Positions 1 through 11,340 of a stretch of DNA of 64,000 nt are shown here, piece by piece. The stretch is from Eledone cirrhosa. Taxonomy: Eukaryota. Positions within the stretch are counted from its first letter, which is position 1. Each line of letters starts with the position of its first letter. A model generated the notes under the pieces. The model saw only the letters and a list, made by a program, of their open reading frames with translations, searched no databases and had not been told where the DNA came from. Position numbers and translations under genes: made by a program. The DNA is taken from contig OZ024748.1 in assembly GCA_964016885.1 (NCBI GenBank), positions 25,358,001 through 25,422,000 of the forward strand, in the 5' to 3' direction.

Positions 1-357
1 ATAACAATTATAACATGCTTTAACACCCCACACAAAATATGTTTATTTCAACTGCATTATAACTCTTTCCTCATACATGCCTTATTGACTGTATTGACTC
101 CTTCATTGTAGACCAATTGTCCTTGCTTATAACTGCTTTCCCTGTGTTTTTTGCTTGTCATTTTTTGCTTGTGCTTTTTGCTTTTACTTATACCTATTAC
201 ACTTCCAACCAGTGCTGCCTGTAATTGTGTTATTTCAAGCGGAAGATCTTTTTAACTCCTGAATCTCCACATGATGCCTTTGACACTAATAACAACTATG
301 TACCCTAAATGTTCTAAATGACTAGGATTCTAGTTACACGTTTTCGACAGTCCTTAT

Positions 358-402
358 GGTCCGATGGTTCCAGACTTCCCTCTGGAAGAAACAATTGTCA
401 GC
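358..402 (+). ncRNA. Decayed hammerhead-like motif
   Basis: CCGATGG (two changes from CUGAUGA), perfect stem II ttccaga/tctggaa, GAAAC-AATT-GTC with palindromic stem III; stem I poor; AATAAA follows. Confidence 0.35.
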
Positions 403-442
403 TAATAAATGTTCTAAACTAAAATTTGATCGTTTTAACACT

Positions 443-478
<36 letters not shown>

Positions 479-482
<4 letters not shown>

Positions 483-1978
483 TGAAAAAGAACAAAGGAA
501 CTATTATGACATTATAACAAGTTTATTGCCGACAGCCGTTTCGTCCGACCACATGGGGGACTTTTCAAGGCATATAACATGTGATTGTAAGATCATTATT
601 TACATCAACGTATCACTCAAGGCTAGCAGTTTGAAATTGTGGTATACATCAGCAACTCCGCTTGTATAGTTGGGGTCTATATTCTAAGGGGGCTCTTTTA
701 TATTAGTTGTCGGGGTCAGGGATTGAAGTTTAAAAATTAGATAATATATAATTTACGCATTAACAGTAAACTAAAAGACTTGGGGTCCCGTAGAAGCACC
801 TTAGAAAATCCCCCAATAAGCGCATAAGGCTTACAGGCTCCAATAAACCTACTAGACTAGAAGAAATTAAGAGGCTAATAAAATAAAAAATAAAAATATA
901 AAGTTTCCCTAAAAAATATATAAAGTTTCCTATGAAATTCCTTCTAGAGAAAAAAATTTTTTCCGGGATATCCCTGAGTACATTTTCTTGACCATCAATT
1001 GTTAATCGATTGTTTGTTAATTAGGCAGGAATATACCATTGTGTCTGTGCTAATCCTATGTGTTGCTGTGTGCGGGTAAAGTATCCGAGCGCGGGATATC
1101 CCTGAGCTAATTTTGCCTGACTGTTAATAGTGTTTTGATTACTTGTTAATTAGGCAGGAATATATATTATTATGTCTTTGTTAATCCTGTATCAATAATT
1201 TTATAATAATTTTTTGTGATAATACATTGTTAGATTACTGAAGCTACCTTATACCTTAATTAGACAGGAATATATATTATTATGTCTTTATTAATCCTGT
1301 ATCAATAATTTTATAATAACTTTTTGTGATAATACATTGTTAGATTACTGAAGCTACCTTATACCTTCTTAAAAATACATTTTATAATTATTGTCTTTTT
1401 GCTTATGTATTTTCTTATTTACCACTTTCTTTAATCTTGCCCAACTTGATAAACTCCTTGAATTGCTCCCTAATTAAATTACTTAAATTACTTAAATTAT
1501 TGTATTTATTATGCCTAAGTTGTATCTGTTGAAGCAGCCCTTTGAAAATTCCTCGGATATCCCAAATACCGTAATTTTTAACTTTTAATGTATAATTTTC
1601 CTCAATTCGTTTTTATATATATCCTTAAAGGCTCTCTAAAATTTTAATTCTTCGAAGGGTCTCTCGGAAGAAGTTCCTATTAAAAATATTAAAGGGGCCT
1701 TTTCTGAGAGAATTATAGAAGGCTCTTTGAATTAACCTTTAATTGATTAGTTTCTTTCAACTTAGTAGGGAATATCAAAACTTCGTAAGTTTTCTGAAAT
1801 TTGTAAACGTGATCTCGGGGGAAGAAGGTTTTTTTCTTTCGGAAAAAAATTTTTTTCTCTAGAAGGAATTTCATAGGAAACTTTATATTTTTATTTTTTA
1901 TTTTATTAGCCTCTTAATTTCTTCTAGTCTAGTAGGTTTATTGGAGCCTGTAAGCCTTATGCGCTTATTGAGGGATTT
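479..1978 (-). mobile_element. Putative PLE-derived fragment with internal inverted and tandem repeats
   Basis: HHR near the (TA)n-abutting end; about 815-962 is inverted at about 1839-1978; about 110-bp tandem duplication at 1147-1367. Confidence 0.4.
527..572 (-). ncRNA. Type I hammerhead ribozyme, U3-A8 core variant
   Basis: Minus strand: tgcc-TTGAAAA-gtcc..ggac-GAAAC-ggct-GTC-ggca; stem I tgcc/ggca, stem II gtcc/ggac, GUC triplet, AATAAA right after. Confidence 0.6.
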
Positions 1979-2021
1979 CGTCACACATTATGTGACCTCT
2001 TCAGTGACTCAGGATTCAGAA

Positions 2022-2111
2022 ATGATATATATATATGTATATATATATATGTGTATGTATATATATGTATATGTATATATGTATATGTATATATACATAT
2101 GTATATATGTG

Positions 2112-2146
<35 letters not shown>

Positions 2147-2155
2147 GCATATATA

Positions 2156-2250
<95 letters not shown>

Positions 2251-2273
2251 ATATATATGTGTATATATATATG

Positions 2274-2302
<29 letters not shown>
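2022..2302. repeat. Compound (TA)n/(TATG) microsatellite
   Basis: Direct reading; one of dozens of (TA)n/(CA)n tracts in the window. Confidence 0.95.
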
Positions 2303-2304
<2 letters not shown>

Positions 2305-2461
2305 TGGAATAAATGCTCTGAAATAGCGATATATATGTGAATATAGACATAGAATATTCGAAAATATTCTGTATGTTTATAATAAACATTTTGAAGACCT
2401 AATCGCTATAGAATAGAATACGTCACGTATTACAATTAGATTCTCGATAAAAGCAAGGGAA

Positions 2462-2504
2462 GTAATCTACGCGTTTCATTCTTGTTAGAAATCATCAGGA
2501 CTAC
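2462..2504 (-). ncRNA. Minimal type I hammerhead ribozyme (array copy 1)
   Basis: Reverse complement of the motif at 3560-3602. Confidence 0.85.
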
Positions 2505-2771
2505 ATATCCAGTGCTTTTATCGAGAATGACACAGCTAGAGACTTATAGAATACTTAGCTGTGTACAGGAACTGGTTTGAAAGAGCGGTTGCCGGTCCGG
2601 CAGAAATTAGAAATTGGAATAAATGCTCTGAAATAGCGATATATATGTGAATATAGACATAGAATATTCGAAAATATTCTGTATGTTTATAATAAACATT
2701 TTGAAGACCTAATCGCTATAGAATAGAATACGTCACGTATTACAATTAGATTCTCGATAAAAGCAAGGGAA

Positions 2772-2814
2772 GTAATCTACGCGTTTCATTCTTGTTAGAA
2801 ATCATCAGGACTAC
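2772..2814 (-). ncRNA. Minimal type I hammerhead ribozyme (array copy 2)
   Basis: Same as copy 1, +310 bp. Confidence 0.85.
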
Positions 2815-3081
2815 ATATCCAGTGCTTTTATCGAGAATGACACAGCTAGAGACTTATAGAATACTTAGCTGTGTACAGGAACTGGTTTGAAAGAGCGGTT
2901 GCCGGTCCGGCAGAAATTAGAAATTGGAATAAATGCTCTGAAATAGCGATATATATGTGAATATAGACATAGAATATTCGAAAATATTCTGTATGTTTAT
3001 AATAAACATTTTGAAGACCTAATCGCTATAGAATAGAATACGTCACGTATTACAATTAGATTCTCGATAAAAGCAAGGGAA

Positions 3082-3124
3082 GTAATCTACGCGTTTCATT
3101 CTTGTTAGAAATCATCAGGACTAC
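3082..3124 (-). ncRNA. Minimal type I hammerhead ribozyme (array copy 3)
   Basis: Same as copy 1, +620 bp. Confidence 0.85.
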
Positions 3125-3559
3125 ATATCCAGTGCTTTTATCGAGAATGACACAGCTAGAGACTTATAGAATACTTAGCTGTGTACAGGAACTGGTTTGA
3201 AAGAGCGGTTGCCGGTCCGGCAGAAATTAGAAATTGGAATAAATGCTCTGAAATAGCGATATATATGTGAATATAGACATAGAATATTCGAAAATATTCT
3301 GTATGTTTATAATAAACATTTTGAAGACCTAATCGCTATAGAATAGAATACGTCACGTATTACAATGTTTATTATAAACATACAGAATATTTTCGAATAT
3401 TCTATGTCTATATTCACATATATATCGCTATTTCAGAGCATTTATTCCAATTTCTAATTTCTGCCGGACCGGCAACCGCTCTTTCAAACCAGTTCCTGTA
3501 CACAGCTAAGTATTCTATAAGTCTCTAGCTGTGTCATTCTCGATAAAAGCACTGGATAT

Positions 3560-3602
3560 GTAGTCCTGATGATTTCTAACAAGAATGAAACGCGTAGATT
3601 AC
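3560..3602 (+). ncRNA. Minimal type I hammerhead ribozyme (array copy 4)
   Basis: gtagtc-CTGATGA-tttct-aaca-agaat-GAAA-cgcg-TA-gattac: stem I gtagtc/gattac, stem II ttct/agaa, palindromic stem III acgcgt, GUA triplet 3594-3596; stem I extended by a perfect 16-bp helix 3536-3551/3609-3624. Confidence 0.88.
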
Positions 3603-3869
3603 TTCCCTTGCTTTTATCGAGAATCTAATTGTAATACGTGACGTATTCTATTCTATAGCGATTAGGTCTTCAAAATGTTTATTATAAACATACAGAATAT
3701 TTTCGAATATTCTATGTCTATATTCACATATATATCGCTATTTCAGAGCATTTATTCCAATTTCTAATTTCTGCCGGACCGGCAACCGCTCTTTCAAACC
3801 AGTTCCTGTACACAGCTAAGTATTCTATAAGTCTCTAGCTGTGTCATTCTCGATAAAAGCACTGGATAT

Positions 3870-3912
3870 GTAGTCCTGATGATTTCTAACAAGAATGAAA
3901 CGCGTAGATTAC
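3870..3912 (+). ncRNA. Minimal type I hammerhead ribozyme (array copy 5)
   Basis: Same as copy 4, +310 bp. Confidence 0.88.
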
Positions 3913-4146
3913 TTCCCTTGCTTTTATCGAGAATCTAATTGTAATACGTGACGTATTCTATTCTATAGCGATTAGGTCTTCAAAATGTTTATTATAAACA
4001 TACAGAATATTTTCGAATATTCTATGTCTATATTCACATATATATATATGTATATATATATATGTATATAAATGTATATATATATATATATATGTATATA
4101 AATATATATAATAAAAGATCAAAATATGGTTTAAAGAGTTCCATGT

Positions 4147-4215
4147 ATTTTATTATGCGCATTTCAAAAACAAATATGATCATGAGATGACATTTGCGTT
4201 TTCGTCAGATAAAAT
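4147..4215 (-). ncRNA. Type I hammerhead ribozyme (family of 50548)
   Basis: attttat-CTGACGA-long stem II-GAAA-tgcgca-TA-ataaaat on the minus strand. Confidence 0.65.
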
Positions 4216-4347
4216 AGGGAGATACGATATGAAGGTTAAGAAACACTTGTGAATAGTGCAGTTTTAAATCAACATATTGTTGTAAATCAGTAAATCAGTT
4301 TTAAATCAACATATTGCTTTATTGTACTACAATAAAACTCACCTCCA

Positions 4348-4420
<73 letters not shown>

Positions 4421-4423
<3 letters not shown>

Positions 4424-5385
4424 AAAGTTATATTTAAATTGTTGGGTTACAACGAGTAAATATTTATAACTGATATAAAAGCACTCAACAAGTATTTGGA
4501 GTATATTTACGATATTAAATAAATGGAAATTATATTTATAAAACCATATTTATTTCATTATATATATTTCAGGGATATCATATTAAAAATATGTTATGCC
4601 TTCTTCAGACAAAATACAATATAAACAGTCTTATAAATAGTCTTATAAATAGATAGATTCGACATACCTTTCAACATCGACTTGCATTTGAAAAGTTGAT
4701 TTGGTAGTAAAAATATTATGGACAGTTGTAAAAAGAAAGAAAGAAAGAAAGAAAAACGAAGAAAAAGAAGAAATGCATGCAACTAAATAGAGAGAGATAG
4801 AAAGATAGATAGAGAGAAGAAGAAATTCATGTAAAGAAACAGAGAGAGATATATAGAGAGAGGAAAAAAATAGAGGGAGATAGATAGAGAGAGAGAGAGA
4901 GAAGAGAGAGAGATAGAGAGAAAATATAGAGAGATAGATATAGATAGAGATAGAGAGAAAGAAACTAGGTAGTTGAGCACCAGTTGAATGACGTATCAAT
5001 GATACATTTATTTATTTATTTATTTATTTAGCTCTAGTATTAATGTAGAGAGAGATATATGCGGTTAGGAGAGAAAACAGCCGTTATATAGAGAGAAAAA
5101 AGAAAAATAACCAGACATAAACGAGGCAGATTTAAAACACTATGTTTCATCAATGCAGAAATATTAGTTCGTATAAAACAGGCATTATAATGTAAATATC
5201 AGTATTCATGAATGAGACACGTATCTATAATGTGTGAAAAATAATGATCATATGTCTAGTTTAAAAATCCATAGGTCCACACCAGAGCCGAGATAAAATA
5301 GGTTATCCCATATTCAATACTATAAACATGTGAATTTACGTGATCAGCTCTGCAAATTCCTATTTCACACGAAAACATTCTCAAT
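4421..5385 (-). mobile_element. Dispersed non-autonomous PLE-terminus-like element (family also at 17.9, 19.7, 57.3-58.1 and 58.4-59.2 kb)
   Basis: Colinear similarity to 57296-58128 and inverted to 58423-59207; carries an HHR near the (TA)n-abutting end. Confidence 0.6.
4551..4616 (-). ncRNA. Type I hammerhead ribozyme (family of 59100)
   Basis: tattttgt-CTGAAGA-agg..cct-GAAA-tatata-TA-atgaaata on the minus strand. Confidence 0.65.
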
Positions 5386-5561
5386 TTTTGGGAGTGCCTA
5401 TTTTAACCTATACTTGACTAATTGAACAATGGACAGAGCTGGTCGTTTGGTGAAGTAGTATTAATAGATATAAAGTGTCAATTAAGGAAGATGGAGATTT
5501 CACTGCTACTGAATAACAACAATGCTGGTAGCCTGCTGGTATATGCATTAGGGAATTGAAT

Positions 5562-5634
<73 letters not shown>

Positions 5635-5879
5635 GTAAGTATGCATGTATACGTACATACATATATGTATACAGACGTACAGTAGCATGCACATATACAT
5701 ATATATATACACATATATATACATATGCATACAGGTACACATACATATATGCACGTATCAGTTTAGCGGCGCTTATTATAACGTCGCTTTGTTCGTTTGT
5801 AAACAAACTGAACAGCCTGAATTTATGCCATACGGTGTTAAGGCAACCACGTCACCTTTTTGTTCAACACTGACACAGG

Positions 5880-5924
5880 AACGATGTACTAGTTTCAAGC
5901 TTGTTAGCTATCATCAGCACCGTT
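5880..5924 (-). ncRNA. Minimal type I hammerhead ribozyme
   Basis: Reverse complement of 6329-6373. Confidence 0.8.
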
Positions 5925-6328
5925 TACCCATCTGCCAGATAGTTGAACGTTCGAAAGTATATACTTTCCTTATGAAAATTAACGGCTGAGCAGCTTAATT
6001 TGCATATTGATACGCTAAACTGATACGTGCATATATGTATGTGTACCTGTATGCATATGTATATATATGTGTATATATATATGTATATGTGCATGCTACT
6101 GTACGTCTGTATACATATATGTATGTACGTATACATGCATACTTACATTTAAGTAAGTGCCATACTAAGAGTGAGAAATGAAATTTCGTTTTCATTTTGT
6201 TTCAATTTATCGTTTTCGGTATGCCTGACCGATTTAACTCACTCAATATGCAAATTAAGCTGCTCAGCCGTTAATTTTCATAAGGAAAGTATATACTTTC
6301 GAACGTTCAACTATCTGGCAGATGGGTA

Positions 6329-6373
6329 AACGGTGCTGATGATAGCTAACAAGCTTGAAACTAGTACATCGTT
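6329..6373 (+). ncRNA. Minimal type I hammerhead ribozyme
   Basis: aacggtg-CTGATGA-tagct-aaca-agctt-GAAAC-ta-GTA-catcgtt; stem I 7 bp (one GU), stem II agct/agct, palindromic stem III actagt. Confidence 0.82.
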
Positions 6374-7207
6374 CCTGTGTCAGTGTTGAACAAAAAGGTG
6401 ACGTGGTTGCCTTAACACCGTATGGCATAAATTCAGGCTGTTCAGTTTGTTTACAAACGAACAAAGCGACGTTATAATAAGCGCCGCTAAACTGATACGT
6501 GCATATATGTATGTGTACCTGTATGCATATGTATATATATGTGTATATATATATGTATATGTGCATGCTAATGTACGTCTGTATACATATATGTATGTAC
6601 GTATACATGCATACTTACATTTAAGTAAGTGCCATACTAAGAGTGAGAAATGAAATTTCGTTTTCATTTTGTTTCAATTTATATATATATATATTTAATT
6701 CAATTCCCTAATGCATATACCAGCAGGCTACCAACATTGTTGTTATTCAGTAGCAGTGAAATCTCCATCTTCCTTAATTGACACTTTATATCTATTAATA
6801 CTTCTACACCAAACGACCAGCTCTGTCCATTGTTCAATTAGTCAAGTATAGGTTAAAATAGGCACTCCCAAAAATTCTTATTTAGATAAAATAAACCATA
6901 TACTTATTGTATTCTCATTAGAAATCTTTTATATACTTGTTTACCAGTAAATTGAATTGCCATCTGTCATATACTATCCCCTCTCTTCTTCCTTTCTTAC
7001 AACTAATATAAATACTTCAATTTTTCTGATTTTTTCCAATTTATCCAATATCTCTGAAGAAGTGACAACTGATTATACATTTGCTATCGAATACTTGGTA
7101 ACATTATATGATTACGCAAGCAGCGATACATAGGTATTCCGTCTGTTACAGAAACATATGTCAATACCTAATAAATTCTTTTATAAAAGCATTTTCATTT
7201 TATATTC

Positions 7208-7274
<67 letters not shown>

Positions 7275-7406
7275 AAGTTTGTCCTTCATCAGTGGTCTTC
7301 CAACCGTCATAGGCATTTCATCTTCATCGCTTTAAAGACCATATACCTCAGGTTGGTGCGAGCAACGGCTAAAAAAAGTCGTTGGGACACGTAAATAAAG
7401 GGGACG

Positions 7407-7506
<100 letters not shown>

Positions 7507-7607
7507 TTATATATACATATGGACAACACAAGAGCAAGAATGAAGGGTTAATTCTACTGACATGGCTATAAAATTGAGGTTTGTTTGCATAATTGCAAAC
7601 GAATAAT

Positions 7608-7716
7608 CCCGTCGAGGTTAACTTTGCCTTTCATCCTTACGGGGTCGATAAAATAAAGTACCAGTATTGCGTTGCGGAGTAATAGCTGGCCTTGTGCCAA
7701 AAGTAGAAACAATTAT
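7608..7716 (+). mobile_element. SINE 3' fragment
   Basis: Inverse-similar to 8162-8265 (gaggttaactttgcctttcatcc..ggggtcgataaaataaagtaccag). Confidence 0.65.
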
Positions 7717-8023
7717 TAATATTCGAAAAACTCAGATTACATTTATTGTATTCAGCCATGCAGAGCGAAAATTTTCTTTTTTATTTAAATATATATAAAT
7801 ATATATATAAATGGAAAAAATGAAATTTCATTTCTCACTCTTAGTACGGCTGATACTTAAATACAAGTATGTATACGTACATACATATATGTTTACAGAC
7901 GTACAGTAGTATGTATATACATACATACATACATGCACACATATATATGTACGTATGAGTGCTTCTAATCTATTGTAAAACTATATTCATTGATTAATCA
8001 ATGAACCTTGTTAACGTTTGATC

Positions 8024-8084
<61 letters not shown>

Positions 8085-8161
8085 ATTTACATATACATAA
8101 AGTCATAGATATATATGTGGCAACCGGTCACGTTGTGGCTCAATGAAGAATTAATAAATTA

Positions 8162-8340
8162 AATAATTGTTTCTACTTTAGGCACAAGGCCAGCAATAAC
8201 CCAGTGCATTACTGGTACTTTATTTTATCGACCCCGTAAGGATGAAAGGCAAAGTCAACCTCGGCGAGATTTGAACTCAGATCGTAAGGGACGTAACTAT
8301 GCTGCAAAGCATGGTGTCCGACCCTCTACCGATACTGCCA
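8162..8340 (-). mobile_element. tRNA-derived SINE
   Basis: Minus strand begins TGGCAGTATCGG (A box) and contains GAGTTCAAATC (B box); body shared with 7608, 8608 and 20735 fragments. Confidence 0.75.
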
Positions 8341-8607
8341 ATCCACATCAGAGCAATATATCATAAATCATGTCCTTAGAATTATTAGATAAAATATATA
8401 CCATTTCCTCTCCCAATTAGCATAATTAACCATATAAAAAATCAATTAGACCAGGCTATAAGAATAAAGGCTCCTATGAAGAAATATTTGATAAATAACC
8501 GAAAGCGGCCTCTTCGCGGTGACCCCAATAGAGTATTTATCCAACATTTCAACAGCATGTAGAAACTGACTAAATATACCGTCAACCATACACAATTAGG
8601 TGTAATA

Positions 8608-8680
8608 CGGGGTCGATAAAATAAAGTACCAGTAATGTACTGGGTATTTGCTGCCCTTGTACCTAAAGTAGAAACAATTA
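8608..8680 (+). mobile_element. SINE 3' fragment
   Basis: cggggtcgataaaataaagtaccag..agtagaaacaatta, same family. Confidence 0.6.
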
Positions 8681-8814
8681 ATTTATTTTAACTTATTTTG
8701 TCTCCTTTTATATTTCATGTTGATATCATTTGTTTACACTTCATTTTGGTGTTTTAATCGCGAAATATGAATTTCGAACGATATTAATATTTATAATCGT
8801 CTTTGACCTGTTCA

Positions 8815-8864
8815 AGTCTACATTGTTATTTCTCACACTGTCTCTGTCTCTCTCCTTCTTTCTT

Positions 8865-8904
<40 letters not shown>

Positions 8905-8940
8905 GATTGCTATTTTTCACGCTGTCTCTGTCTTTCTCTG

Positions 8941-9015
<75 letters not shown>

Positions 9016-9166
9016 AATCGCACCTTGAACTTCTCACTGGACTTATCTATCTCTCTCTCTCTAACTTTTTTCCCCACCCTTCCCGCTATCTCTCTCTCTC
9101 CTCTCTTCTGTCTTTCCTATCCCTCCCCTTTCTTTTTTCCTTTTCTCTCTCTCTATCTAGATCGCA

Positions 9167-9221
<55 letters not shown>

Positions 9222-9320
9222 TCTAAATCGCTCCTTAAATTTCTCACTGACTTATCTCTTTCTCCCTCTTTCCCTCTCTAACCTTTTCCCTACCCTTCCC
9301 GTTACCCCCCCCTCCCCCCT
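8815..9320. repeat. (CT)n-rich pyrimidine tract with internal duplications
   Basis: Several (CT)n runs; repeated ctctaaatcgc..ttctcactg segment. Confidence 0.85.
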
Positions 9321-9720
9321 CTACAGCGAAATGAACTGCATGCAGGGGAGAAATGAAATTAAAAGCCAGCGAAACTGGTCAAAGATGGAACTAGAGGTTT
9401 GATCAAGGGGTGGAGGCTGGCTGATGGGTCACCACCAAGCACACAAATTGCGGAGACTCTGAAGAACCATGGCTGTCTGAGGACTCTGGCGTAGATAGAA
9501 AAAAAAGAAAAGAAATTGAGAAGGCCTATGTCCTCATAGCGCCACATATGGAGATGCTAAGTCGTGTCCTCAAGGAGGAGAAAAACGGGGAGAAAGAAAA
9601 AGAAAAGGAAGAAAGCACAGCACGGACCTGAAAGAAAATGAGATACCCGCCGCCACAGCCAGGGAAGGCAGGCAGGGCAACCAACAAGCAAACGGTAAAG
9701 GTGAGAAGCGAAATCATTTT

Positions 9721-10050
9721 TCGAAAGAAAACCAAGCAGAGAGGGACCAGTGGACAACTGTCCAAAGGAAGAACAGAAGGCGCCGAGGCACTGGGAGCAA
9801 GAATATCCAGGTAACCTGCAAGTTCTTCTGGAACGGGACCTGCTGGCATGGAGAAACAGGGACAGGCTGTAGATTCGCTCACCCCAGGCCCCAAGCGAAC
9901 TATGCCCAACCTACTCACACAACATGCCCCAGCCAAAACCAAAACCGATGCAAGCTTCCCCAGAAGTGTGCTGATGTCGCGCGTGCCGCTCCAACAAGGA
10001 GAATATGTCGATGTGATACAGATGGCGGCAGCAAAGCAAACATTTTTTAG
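9721..10050 (+). pseudogene. LINE ORF1-like remnant with CCCH zinc finger
   Basis: Frame starting 9721 reads ..QWTTVQRKNRR..CKFFWNGTCWHGETGTGCRFAHP (C-x7-C-x8-C-x3-H at 9817-9882); not listed in the ORF track. Confidence 0.55.
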
Positions 10051-10222
10051 TGATAGAAGAGAAGATTGTGGGACAGCTGACCTGGCTGTATCGTTTTCAG
10101 AGCCAGTGTTACTCACACCAGCACTCGAGTCCACCACAATTAAGGGACCCAGAGTGGCCGCCGCTGACACCAGGCCAGGTGTCATACCGACAGCCATTGC
10201 TGGCACCCCAAAAGTCACACCA

Positions 10223-10830
10223 GTGCTGCTGCTGAATGTCAGAGGCCTGGTGAAACTCACTAACATGAGTAAAATGTCCTACCTGGGAGACTTAGCCATC
10301 TTAGCCATAAGCAATCAAGCATTATGCATGGCACTAACCGAAACGCACCTGACAAGCAGTATAGCAGATGCGGAAATACATATACCAAAATATACTGTAT
10401 TTCGTTCGGACAGGAAGAAGAGAACTCATCGTGGGGTTGCTCTATATATATGTGAAGATGTCACACTAATTGTACTGTTGACACATTCAAACTCAGTCTG
10501 TGACACACTGATAGTACATATGAAGCAACTAAAGACAGTAATATGTGTCACATATCGGCCACTCGATGCCCCCAGTCATGAGAGTAAATTTGAGGATAGC
10601 CTCAGTAGGATAGAAGAGGACCTTGACAAACTGGACGGAGTCCATGCTGGACCTCACACACAGGCTGTTCATGGAACAAGCAGTACTCCTCCCAACAAGA
10701 GGCGAGAATGTCCTAGATCTCTGTTTTACAAACAATACAGTGCTCATCCACAATGTAAAGGTGACACCAACAATTTTCTCGGGTCATAACATAGTAGAAC
10801 TAATGATATGTGGTCCGAGAAAATCAACAG
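10223..10830 (+). pseudogene. APE-type endonuclease domain (frameshifted, internally deleted)
   Basis: LLNVRGL, ALTETHL, YTVFRSDR..RGVALY, VTYRP, PTRGENVLDLCFTN, SGHN; the GDFN motif is missing. Confidence 0.85.
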
Positions 10831-11340
10831 AGACACAACCATCAAGAAGCACCGGGACCTTTTCCAGCCTTAACTTCTACAAGGCTAACTGGAAAAAGAT
10901 CAGGAGAGAAATCCGGAAGCAAATATAGTGCGACAACATCGCCACACAAGACACCAACACACATTTTCAACACTACATGACAATACAAACTATATGCCAC
11001 AAATTTGTCCCGGAGAAAAAGGCCAACAGGCACAAAAATCTTATTCCCAGAGATAGGAAAATCCTTATGAGACGAAGAACTAAGCTCTCAAATCAGTTGA
11101 ATGCATAACAAGAAAACAAAAACAAGAAAGAATCCTATTTGAAACGTGCACTACTTGACATCGAGATTGCACTCAAACTTTTCCATGAAAATGAGAGGGC
11201 AAAGAAAGAAAGCAGGGCCATAGAAAATATTAAAACAAACCCTAAGGCCTTCTTTAAATTTTGCAAAAGAGACTGCCTCGGTACACTACAAGATTAGGCC
11301 ACTCTACCACAAAGACGGTTCATTAACCGAGAATCCCCAA

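Larger units (their letters stand above)
2303..4035. mobile_element. 310-bp HHR-containing tandem array with fold-back (non-LTR retrozyme-like)
   Basis: Unit starts at 2303, 2613, 2923, 3233 (period 310, apparently identical); orientation flips at about 3364 and about 2.2 inverted units run to about 4035; one HHR per unit; (TA)n on both flanks. Confidence 0.85.
5383..6876. repeat. About 1.5-kb fold-back with an internal direct duplication
   Basis: 5383-5566 inverted at 6690-6876; 5630-6010 inverted at 6243-6623; loop segment about 6013-6209 is a direct copy of about 6485-6682. Confidence 0.85.

Noticed and set aside
1370-1700. Minus-strand reading frame with LIGTSSERPFEE, faintly GIY-YIG-like
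   Set aside because: Interrupted by a stop and lacks other conserved motifs; cannot be supported without a search.
7133-7168. Hammerhead (ggtatt..GAAACATATGTC-aatacc)
   Set aside because: Stems I and III present but the CUGANGA box is deleted; relic only. Similar unsupported relics at about 18020-18068, 24679-24727, 59431-59474 and 62260-62285.
8270-8340. tRNA gene
   Set aside because: A/B boxes present but no cloverleaf, and it continues into a dispersed repeat body, so it is a SINE head.
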